Of a stretch of DNA of 64,000 nucleotides, positions 38,251 through 46,227 are shown one piece after another. Origin of the DNA: a virus; the IMG/VR virus record IMGVR_UViG_3300009537_000004, positions 7,125 through 71,124 of that record; one strand, given 5' to 3'. Below the pieces are notes generated by a model. It saw only the letters and a program-made list of their open reading frames with translations, had not been told where the DNA came from and did no database searches. Both the position numbers and the translations under genes were made by a program. The number at the start of each line of letters is the position of its first letter. Within the stretch, counting starts at the first letter, position 1.

Positions 38251-39038
38251 TGGCAGTAACAATTGGAAAACGAGAACTAACCTCTGGTAGTTTTACCGGA
38301 TCGTTTGCTGGTGACGGCACTCTGCTTGTAGGAGTGACTTCTGATTCAGCTTCTTGGGCAGAGACTGCTTCATATGCAGAAATAGCCAACACACTTTTGG
38401 GTTCAATAGAAAGTGCTTCCTGGGCAGAGACTGCTTCGTATGCAGAAATAGTCACGCTGACCACCGATGAAAAAATCTACTCCAATGACCAACCAGATTA
38501 CAACTTTCTGGTTTTGGAAGCTGACAACTTTGGAGTATCAGCAAACAGTGTCGTTCTAAGCTCTCGCGCAGACTTAGCATTTGTATGTAACGCCAATGCG
38601 TCCGCCGGCGGCACGTATACTTTTGAGTGGGTGGTTGATGGGCAGTTTGGAAGTGGTGTTTCGGTTATGACGCTCTTGGCTATTGATAATGGAACTCGAA
38701 TAGGACAGCTACAACATGCCTCCGGCAGCATAAGTGCGCCTGGCATTTCATTTATGAATGACCCTGACACCGGCATCTATCACACTGGCACGGTGGTTGG
38801 ATTGGTGTATGGAGCTGATGCAGTAGCATTTTGGAATGCCAGCGGCTTCGGTATAGCTCAGAATGAATACCTTGGGTTTGATGGTAACTTTGATACGAAG
38901 TTGTATCACAATGGCACCGATGATGAATTATTCTATGGGGCTAATGCGACTAATGATGCGTTAGTTGCGGCGGTCGTAGTGACGCAATCGGCAGCAACCG
39001 GCGACTACCCGAAGGGCACTATTTGGGCGCAATACTAA
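38250..39038 (+). CDS. Short tail fibre protein
   Basis: SASWAETASYAE twice (66-bp period); 'GS.SAP.ISF..DPDTGIY' fibre motif; C-terminal 'G.IW.QY'. Confidence 0.65.
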   Translation: MAVTIGKRELTSGSFTGSFAGDGTLLVGVTSDSASWAETASYAEIANTLLGSIESASWAETASYAEIVTLTTDEKIYSNDQPDYNFLVLEADNFGVSANSVVLSSRADLAFVCNANASAGGTYTFEWVVDGQFGSGVSVMTLLAIDNGTRIGQLQHASGSISAPGISFMNDPDTGIYHTGTVVGLVYGADAVAFWNASGFGIAQNEYLGFDGNFDTKLYHNGTDDELFYGANATNDALVAAVVVTQSAATGDYPKGTIWAQY

Positions 39039-39039
39039 C

Positions 39040-39582
39040 ATGACCGGTAAGGTATACGACGGAAGTGCTTGGCAAACGCCGACCACTTGGAAGGTTTATG
39101 ATGGAAGTACCTGGCAGACGATAAGTCATGCTTGGGTTTATGATGGTGCGGCTTGGCAAGAGTTTATCTCTCCATGTGACCAAGTAACCTATGTCATTTC
39201 AACCACCACTACATTAGTCTCTGTGGGCTCCTGCGCAGGATGCCCAAACTCCGGTCAAGCAGGAGTAAGTTGGACACCAAAGAGCACATGTACTAATGCC
39301 TACATGCAATGGTACATCTCAAAGAATGGTGGCAGTTATACACAGATTGGATCGGCGGGTGGCTGTGACATATCAGACCGATATTATAGTGGATACAATG
39401 AATCAATTTATAATGTTCTATCTACTTGTAATGCAGATTGCGATTTGAGTTGCACAGCAACAACGTATCGTGGCAAAGTAGAACTATACGCCAGTTCAGA
39501 CGATACACTTTGCCAGACTGAGATAGCAGCAGTATCATCCACTCGTTATGTTTGTGGATGTGGCGACTGCGGAGGAGCGTAA
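39040..39582 (+). CDS. Putative fibre-tip/adhesin with three VYDGxxWQ repeats and a Cys-rich C-terminus
   Basis: KVYDGSAWQ, KVYDGSTWQ, WVYDGAAWQ; 12 Cys. Confidence 0.65.
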   Translation: MTGKVYDGSAWQTPTTWKVYDGSTWQTISHAWVYDGAAWQEFISPCDQVTYVISTTTTLVSVGSCAGCPNSGQAGVSWTPKSTCTNAYMQWYISKNGGSYTQIGSAGGCDISDRYYSGYNESIYNVLSTCNADCDLSCTATTYRGKVELYASSDDTLCQTEIAAVSSTRYVCGCGDCGGA

Positions 39583-39587
39583 ATAAA

Positions 39588-40016
39588 ATGCCAACACCAG
39601 ACGGACGAGAATGGCTAAGTCCACGCAAATTAGGTTTTATCATTATGGCTCGCTTTGTAAGCACATTCAAAGGTGAACCTTGGTTTGATGGAGGAGTAGA
39701 TTGGACTTTGGATTGGGATTGGACAACAGAAACTTTCACTATTACTGGTGGTCCATTTCCGTCAACCTCTATGTTAGGACAGCCTGGAATAAAGCAACAA
39801 TTCATAGATATTTTGGTTGGTGCTTATCAAACAATCGGATATAACATGGAGTTCAAGATACTTCGACTAACAGAGCGGCTGAAAGACCGCATTGCAGATG
39901 GCACTTTTACTCACATTGAACAAGTAAAGACAGCATTTAGAGATATTTATACCAAGGAAGTATTAGACCAAGTAGACGAAGAAGGAAATCTGATATCATC
40001 AGGTTCAGGAGGCTAA
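39588..40016 (+). CDS. Hypothetical protein
   Basis: ORF 39552..40016; likely ATG39588 after GGAGGAG. Confidence 0.6.
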   Translation: MPTPDGREWLSPRKLGFIIMARFVSTFKGEPWFDGGVDWTLDWDWTTETFTITGGPFPSTSMLGQPGIKQQFIDILVGAYQTIGYNMEFKILRLTERLKDRIADGTFTHIEQVKTAFRDIYTKEVLDQVDEEGNLISSGSGG

Positions 40017-40017
40017 T

Positions 40018-40194
40018 ATGGCATGCGGCGGCTGCGCAAAACGCGCAACAAAAGTCTTGAAGGCAATGGGCTACAGAGAACAAGGGAAGAACCTTGTAAG
40101 TCCGAGAGGAAAAGTTGTCCCTAACAAGGAAGTGCAAGAGCACCACGCTCGCGTCACTGCTCAAGCACTACTTGAGTTACTTAAAAAGAAGTAG
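40018..40194 (+). CDS. Small 58-aa protein starting MACGGC (absent from the ORF track)
   Basis: AGGAGG RBS at 40007-12; MACGGCAKRATKVLKAMGYREQGKNLVSPRGKVVPNKEVQEHHARVTAQALLELLKKK*; fills the gap exactly. Confidence 0.7.
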   Translation: MACGGCAKRATKVLKAMGYREQGKNLVSPRGKVVPNKEVQEHHARVTAQALLELLKKK

Positions 40195-40202
40195 GAGGTT
40201 TT

Positions 40203-40484
40203 ATGGCAGAAAAAAGGAAGAAGCTCAGTGAAGTAGCATTTGATGCGCTCATTAATTCTCAGTTACAGCTTAATAATGCACAGCAGCAAGTAAGACTTGC
40301 TCGTAATGATCTCAATAAAATAGTTGCGTTAATTTTAGATGGGTTAGGGTTACCAATAAACACCCAGGTTAATCTCGACCCAAAAACAAAAGAACTGGTT
40401 TATTTTTTAGAGGAGCCAAAAGATGTCATTCAGCGGTTACAAGGAAAGCCGCTGGAAGTAACTAAAGAAAAATCTGATGACTAA
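40203..40484 (+). CDS. Small coiled-coil protein (possible fibre chaperone)
   Basis: AGGAGG RBS; heptad-like 'LINSQLQLNNAQQQVRLARNDL'. Confidence 0.6.
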   Translation: MAEKRKKLSEVAFDALINSQLQLNNAQQQVRLARNDLNKIVALILDGLGLPINTQVNLDPKTKELVYFLEEPKDVIQRLQGKPLEVTKEKSDD

Positions 40485-42627
40485 TCCATATGATCTTGGA
40501 AAAGAAATAGGCACCCTTCTCTTCGAGAAGGTTCTTACAGAACAAAAGAAGAAGCGCATTGTGGCAGTTTATGCTGGTCGCTTTCAACCATTTCATGCTG
40601 GTCACTATTCTGTATATGCAGATATGGTTCGCCGGTTCGGTAAAGACAATGTATTCATTGCTACTAGTGAAAAAATCGAACCAACAAAGTCTCCATTTTC
40701 GTTTGATGAGAAGCAATCAATCATCACAAAAATGTTTGACGTTCCCAAAGATAAAATTGTTGCTGTTAAAAGCCCGTTTGCACCTGAAGAAATCCTCAGT
40801 AAATTCGATTCCAAAACTACCGCGGTCGTAACTGCTTTCTCTGAGAAAGACGCTGGCCGCTTGGGAGCAGGAAAATATTACCGGAAATTGCCAGACAAAA
40901 TTGATTCGGAAAATCTTGAAGGATATGAAGATAAGGGCTACTATTATGTTGCTCCCGTTCACAAGTTGGAGATAGGTGGTCAAAATATTAGTGGCACCGC
41001 CGTTCGTCAATTATTAGGAAATCCTAATATTGATGAGCGAACCAGAAAGTCAATTTTTAAGAGAATTTATGGAAAGTTCGATAAAGATATATTTGGACTG
41101 ATAACTAAGAAAACAAGAGAGTCAGAACATGTACGAAGGAAAGTCGCAAGACATAAAGAGAAGGCGGCCCAGGAGAAAGAGGATCGCCAAAAGCAAATCA
41201 AAAAGAGCGGTAGACAGAGAATCACAAATCCGGAAACAGGACGAAACATTCTCGTCAAAACTGCCCTATCTTATGATCCGAATCACCCCGCCCACAGAGC
41301 AGCAATAGCTCTCCGACAGGAAAGTGTAAGGGAAAGAGCAGCTCAATACAACCCAATAGGTGAAAATATGATTAGCCGAGTGTTACTAATGAAAGAAGGC
41401 GGTGCCGCTGGTCACATGGCGCACCCGTTTGACGATATGAATTTGACTTTTGGAGATTTAAAGACAATTGTTGAACTTGGACTTGAGGGGCATCTCAATG
41501 TTGAGGCTCCTGTAACGGAAAAGTTAGACGGCCAAAACATTTCCGTATCGTGGAGAGATGATAAAGGTGTCATTTTTGCACGAAATTCAAGTCACTTAAA
41601 AAATAGTGGCCTGAATGCAATGGATGTGAATGGCGTGAAGAGCATGTTTGCTGGCCGCGGCTCCCTAAGTGATGCATTTTCGTCCGCGGCTGAAGATTTA
41701 CAAGGTGCTATTTCAAGACTAACCGCAAAGCAAAGAAATTTCATTTTTGACAACGGTAAAAAGTTTATGTCGTTAGAAATCATCTTCCCAGCCACCCAAA
41801 ACGTCATTCCTTACGGACATAATATGTTGGTATTCCACAATACCACCGAATATGATGACTCTGGAAATCCAATTGGAGTAGTTTCCGGAACAGGCCGAAT
41901 TTTAGCAGGAATGATTAAGCAAATCAACCAGGACATTCAAAAGACTTTTACATTTACAGGACCAGTAGTAGTTACCTTGCCCAAATCACAAAACTTTGCT
42001 CGTCGCAAAGGATCATATTTTGGCCGAATCACAAGGTTGCAAAAGCAATTCAATCTTAGTGATAGTGACCCAGTTATGATGTGGCACCAGCGCTGGTGGG
42101 AAAATTTCATTCAGTATCAGGCTAAAAAATTCCGATACAACATGTCGAACAATGTATTTATGGGGCTTGTTCAGCGGTGGGCATTTCAAAACCTGGGAGG
42201 TTATTCTGTTCGTGATATGAGAAAAACTATCAACGATGAAAAATTTTTGCAATGGGTATTAGACTTTGATAAAACAGGAAAGCAAGCTCAATTCAAAGAG
42301 AATATCGCTCCATTTGAGAAATTGTTTTTGCAGTTGGGAGCAGAAATCTTACAAAACGCCAGTGGGTTTATATCTGCATCTCCTAATGCCGCAGCCCAGC
42401 AGCTCAAAAAAGAATTAGATTCTACTTCAAGACAACTAAACCAAACAGGAAATATTGACCAGCTTTCCAGATTTAGAGAGCAGTTAAGTAAGCTAAATTC
42501 CATTGGAATGGATAAGTTAGTTCCAACTGAAGGAATAACTTTTATGTATAGAGGAAAGATGTATAAATTGACAGGCATTTTTGCACCTCTTAATCAACTT
42601 CTTGGTATTGTTAAGTATGGAAGATAG
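40477..42627 (+). CDS. Fusion of an HxGH cytidylyltransferase-like domain and a ligase-like nucleotidyltransferase domain
   Basis: 'YAGRFQPFHAGH' and 'ISGT.VR'; second half 'GHMAHP', 'TEKLDG', 'EGI.F', 'YKLTG'. Confidence 0.75.
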   Translation: MTNPYDLGKEIGTLLFEKVLTEQKKKRIVAVYAGRFQPFHAGHYSVYADMVRRFGKDNVFIATSEKIEPTKSPFSFDEKQSIITKMFDVPKDKIVAVKSPFAPEEILSKFDSKTTAVVTAFSEKDAGRLGAGKYYRKLPDKIDSENLEGYEDKGYYYVAPVHKLEIGGQNISGTAVRQLLGNPNIDERTRKSIFKRIYGKFDKDIFGLITKKTRESEHVRRKVARHKEKAAQEKEDRQKQIKKSGRQRITNPETGRNILVKTALSYDPNHPAHRAAIALRQESVRERAAQYNPIGENMISRVLLMKEGGAAGHMAHPFDDMNLTFGDLKTIVELGLEGHLNVEAPVTEKLDGQNISVSWRDDKGVIFARNSSHLKNSGLNAMDVNGVKSMFAGRGSLSDAFSSAAEDLQGAISRLTAKQRNFIFDNGKKFMSLEIIFPATQNVIPYGHNMLVFHNTTEYDDSGNPIGVVSGTGRILAGMIKQINQDIQKTFTFTGPVVVTLPKSQNFARRKGSYFGRITRLQKQFNLSDSDPVMMWHQRWWENFIQYQAKKFRYNMSNNVFMGLVQRWAFQNLGGYSVRDMRKTINDEKFLQWVLDFDKTGKQAQFKENIAPFEKLFLQLGAEILQNASGFISASPNAAAQQLKKELDSTSRQLNQTGNIDQLSRFREQLSKLNSIGMDKLVPTEGITFMYRGKMYKLTGIFAPLNQLLGIVKYGR

Positions 42628-42663
42628 TTATAGAAGGATGCATATGCTTACAAAGGGGTTATA

Positions 42664-43308
42664 ATGCCAGAATATAAACCGTGGAAAGGTGACAAATTAG
42701 ATGATGCTGTCAAGAGTTCACGCAAAACTACTGAGGTATCAGAGGGAATAGAAGCACTTCGTGGTATTCGTGAGAGCATGGGCAAAGTTCTTAAGAAAGA
42801 TCAAGCACTCAAAATTAGCACATATACTCCTGAGAAAACAGAACGCAAAGAGGGAGAACGATGGGAGGAAGATGGGAAGTTGTGGGAAATGAAAGACGGC
42901 ACCAAACAATCTGTTAGCAAACTCCAATCAGCAAAAAGACCGTGGTTCTGTCCAAAGTGCGGAAAAGTTATGAATACACGCCTTGACGACAAAATGTGGT
43001 ATAAGAAGGGAACCTGCTACGATTGTGTCGTCAAAAACGAAACTCAGATGCGCCTTGACGGAACCTGGCACAAGTATCAAGCCAAAGTTTTGAGAGCCAA
43101 CGCTATTGCTTGGGCCAAGGAAAAAATCGAAGAACTTGAAAGTTACAAAACTATGGTTGGGAATCCTCAGATACATTTTGCCGACGGTCGCTGGGAGGAG
43201 TGGAACATTGGTGGTGAAAAGATAGCGTCAGACCTACAAGCAGAGATTGACAGTCTCGGCAAGTATGTAGCTGAGTTGGAAGAACTTCAAGCCAAAGTAG
43301 ATAAGTAA
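42664..43308 (+). CDS. Zn-ribbon protein upstream of the terminase
   Basis: 'CPKC...CYDC'; coupled to TerL by TAATG. Confidence 0.7.
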   Translation: MPEYKPWKGDKLDDAVKSSRKTTEVSEGIEALRGIRESMGKVLKKDQALKISTYTPEKTERKEGERWEEDGKLWEMKDGTKQSVSKLQSAKRPWFCPKCGKVMNTRLDDKMWYKKGTCYDCVVKNETQMRLDGTWHKYQAKVLRANAIAWAKEKIEELESYKTMVGNPQIHFADGRWEEWNIGGEKIASDLQAEIDSLGKYVAELEELQAKVDK

Positions 43309-44933
43309 TGACCGCACCAGTAGCTCCAAACTTACGGGACATAATCAAACGGGAGTATAAGCGTTGCGCTAAAGACCCCGCGTATTTCATGTGCAAGTAT
43401 TGCGTCATTCAGCACCCGATACGAGGCAAAATTCATTTCAATTTGTACGACTATCAGGAAGAAACCGTCAACAACTTTGTGACTCACGATTATATAATCA
43501 TCAATAAAGCGCGTCAGATCGGACTTTCTACATTGACCGCGGGCTATGCTCTATGGTTGATGATGTTCCACGACGACAAGAACATCTTGGTCATCGCTAC
43601 TAAGCAGGACGTGGCAAAGAACTTGGTGACCAAAGTTCGCGTAATGCACCAAAACCTTCCTGTTTGGCTCAGAGCAAACTGCTCCGAAGACAACAAGCTG
43701 TCACTACGCTTCTCAAACGGCTCGCAGATCAAAGCAGTCGCAAGCTCACCCGATGCCGGCCGCTCAGAAGCTCTGTCACTCCTGATCATGGATGAAGCAG
43801 CACACATTGACCCAGCAACACTTGCTGACGACATTTGGACAGCAGCGTCATCCACTCTAGCAACTGGTGGTAAGGCAATCATTCTTAGCACTCCGAATGG
43901 TATGGGTAACTTTTTCCATAAGACTTGGGTAGGAGCAAACGACGAAAGCAATGGGTTCTTTCCCATCTTTCTCGATTGGCGTGTTCATCCTGACCGCGAC
44001 CAAGACTGGCGTGATGAACAAACTAAGATTATGGGCGACCAAGAAGCACGTCAGGAACACGACGCCGACTTCATAGCCTCGGGCAACACCGTCATTGATG
44101 GTGACCTCATCCAGTTTTATCGTCAAACTTTTGAGAAAGAACCGCAGTGGAAACGCGGTTTCGATAATGGTATTTGGGTATGGGAGCCGGCAGATTACTC
44201 TAAGAGTTATATGGTAGTGGCCGATGTAGGCCGCGGCGACTCATCCGACAAATCAGCTTTCCATGTGATAGAGTTAGAGTCTGTAGCACAAGTATGCGAG
44301 TACCGTGGTGAAGTCGGCACAAAAGAGTTCGGTGCTATTCTAGTGGCTATTGCAACCGAATACAATGACGCTTTATTGGTAGTGGAAAATGCCAACGTAG
44401 GTTGGTCAGTTCTGCAGGAAATCATTGACAGGGGCTATCGCAATCTGTTCTACATGGAAGACGACTACAAGTTTGTTGACCCGTCTATTCCCCAGGACCG
44501 TAAGCATAAGCGCCGTGTCATCGAACGGCGCAAAGTACCTGGTTTCACTACTTCTGTTCGCACCCGACCGCTGGTCATCTCTCGTCTGGACGAATACATG
44601 CGCGACAACTCCGTAGTCATTCAGTCCAAACGCACGATGGACGAGCTAGAAGTGTTCATTTGGAACGGAAGCAAGGCCGAAGCAATGGCGGGATATAATG
44701 ATGACTTGGTAATGGCTCTGGCCATTGGACTTTGGGTCAGAGATACTGCCTTGAAGTTGAGACAGAAGGGTATTGACATTACAAAGATGGCTCTTGACAA
44801 ATTCACTCATAAAACTACCTACGATACCGTTTATACTCCCCAATCGCCGATTGGGCGTGATCCATATTCTATGCCGCTCGGACCAAACAAAGAGTATCCT
44901 GAGATGGAAGACATTCGTTGGTTGTTGGATTAA
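43308..44933 (+). CDS. terL: Terminase large subunit (T4 gp17-like)
   Basis: 'LYDYQ', Walker A 'KARQIGLST', Walker B 'LLIMDEAAH', 'STPNG', nuclease 'ADVG' and 'NDDLVMA'. Confidence 0.95.
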   Translation: MTAPVAPNLRDIIKREYKRCAKDPAYFMCKYCVIQHPIRGKIHFNLYDYQEETVNNFVTHDYIIINKARQIGLSTLTAGYALWLMMFHDDKNILVIATKQDVAKNLVTKVRVMHQNLPVWLRANCSEDNKLSLRFSNGSQIKAVASSPDAGRSEALSLLIMDEAAHIDPATLADDIWTAASSTLATGGKAIILSTPNGMGNFFHKTWVGANDESNGFFPIFLDWRVHPDRDQDWRDEQTKIMGDQEARQEHDADFIASGNTVIDGDLIQFYRQTFEKEPQWKRGFDNGIWVWEPADYSKSYMVVADVGRGDSSDKSAFHVIELESVAQVCEYRGEVGTKEFGAILVAIATEYNDALLVVENANVGWSVLQEIIDRGYRNLFYMEDDYKFVDPSIPQDRKHKRRVIERRKVPGFTTSVRTRPLVISRLDEYMRDNSVVIQSKRTMDELEVFIWNGSKAEAMAGYNDDLVMALAIGLWVRDTALKLRQKGIDITKMALDKFTHKTTYDTVYTPQSPIGRDPYSMPLGPNKEYPEMEDIRWLLD

Positions 44934-44934
44934 C

Positions 44935-44941
44935 TATTTAT
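44935..44941 (+). promoter_or_regulatory. TAYTTAT candidate late promoter
   Basis: AACTATTTAT 31 nt before ATG44973. Confidence 0.6.
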
Positions 44942-44972
44942 TGTTGGCGGATAATGCTTTACGGAGAAATGT

Positions 44973-45395
44973 ATGGTTAGACTCAAGAGTTTGTTGTTTG
45001 AAAGTGACTTGTCTGAAGAAGTAACATCAGGCTCCGAACCTATTAATGGCAAAAGCAAAACAAATGCCAAAAATTGGGTACACGGCAAAGTTGACAAGTA
45101 TACCAAGGGATTTTTCAGTGACGAATATTGGAAGCCTATTCAGACCATATTCAAAGAGTTTGACGCACAAGGTTTGAATTGGGTTCCTACTGGTGCCAAG
45201 TATGAAGAAGAAGTCAAGACTCTTGCTGATGGCTCCCGACATTCTGTTCCTGTTAGAAAGACTTGGACATTTGAAATTAGCTTCGTCAATAATAGAGATA
45301 AAGGGGATGTATTATATGGCCGCATTGTAGCGGCTGGATCAGGGCCGATAGAAAATCCGCTTGATAGATATGATGTGACTTTGACGTTGAGCTAA
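44973..45395 (+). CDS. Hypothetical protein with 'MVRLKSLLFE' leader
   Basis: GGAG RBS and TATTTAT upstream. Confidence 0.7.
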   Translation: MVRLKSLLFESDLSEEVTSGSEPINGKSKTNAKNWVHGKVDKYTKGFFSDEYWKPIQTIFKEFDAQGLNWVPTGAKYEEEVKTLADGSRHSVPVRKTWTFEISFVNNRDKGDVLYGRIVAAGSGPIENPLDRYDVTLTLS

Positions 45396-45396
45396 A

Positions 45397-45813
45397 ATGC
45401 CTACGAAAAAGACTCAACCTATAGAGAGTGGTGAGGGGTTTCCAAGAGAATATTTACCACAGATTCCCAAAAAGAAGATTCCAACGTTCATTAGGATTCT
45501 TCAAAAGCATGGAGTGAAAGTTACAGCGGACCAAGTTCCTGCAGATAAAATAAAGCCGCTGCAGAAGAACGCGAACAAAGAGAAGATTAAGAAGTTACAG
45601 CCGCATATATACCAATTCGCTCATGACCCGTTTATCGTGTCTGATGGTTTGTATCTGTTGGACGGACATCACAGATGGTTGATAATCAAAGGCAGTAATA
45701 AAGACGCACCAGTGCTAACCATTCATGTTCACTTGCCAATTCAACAATTGATGAAACTGGCACACAAGTTTAGTGGTTCTCACAGGCGCAACGAGGAAGA
45801 TGATACGGCTTAA
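45397..45813 (+). CDS. ParB/Srx-like N-terminal domain protein
   Basis: 'IKPLQ...PFIVSDG.YLLDGHHRW'. Confidence 0.7.
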   Translation: MPTKKTQPIESGEGFPREYLPQIPKKKIPTFIRILQKHGVKVTADQVPADKIKPLQKNANKEKIKKLQPHIYQFAHDPFIVSDGLYLLDGHHRWLIIKGSNKDAPVLTIHVHLPIQQLMKLAHKFSGSHRRNEEDDTA

Positions 45814-46201
45814 AGATATTCTCTTAGAGAACGAACGCCAATTTGAAGGTGGGTTTGGCACTAACATCGAGAAGGATAGTTTGGAGAACAAGAATTTTCG
45901 CAAAGTTCTCTATACTACCCATCAGATGCAATTAGTGGTCATGTCCATTGACACTGATATTGGTGAAGAGGTTCATAAAGGAATAACTCAATTTATACGA
46001 ATTGAGAGCGGGGAGGGAGTTGCAATCATTGACGGCAAAAAGTATCCGCTACGCGCCGGAGATTCAATTGTAGTCCCAGGTGGGTCAAGGCATAATGTGG
46101 TCAATACCGGAGATTCTCCGTTGAAGTTGTATTCGTTATATTCTCCCCCAAAGCATCCTCGAAAAACGATACATAAAACAAAAGAAGATGCAACAGAGTA
46201 A
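45800..46201 (+). CDS. Cupin-domain protein with 'MIRLKDILLE' leader
   Basis: 'IGEEVH...QF.RIESG.G', 'GD.IVVP.G.RHNV.N', 'LYS.YSPP.H'; likely ATG45800 after GAGG. Confidence 0.8.
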   Translation: MIRLKDILLENERQFEGGFGTNIEKDSLENKNFRKVLYTTHQMQLVVMSIDTDIGEEVHKGITQFIRIESGEGVAIIDGKKYPLRAGDSIVVPGGSRHNVVNTGDSPLKLYSLYSPPKHPRKTIHKTKEDATE

Positions 46202-46227
46202 AGGTTTTAACATTGTAGAGGTGATTT

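Noticed and set aside
42664-43308. Terminase small subunit call for the Zn-ribbon gene
   Set aside because: Supported by position only; no recognisable TerS motif.
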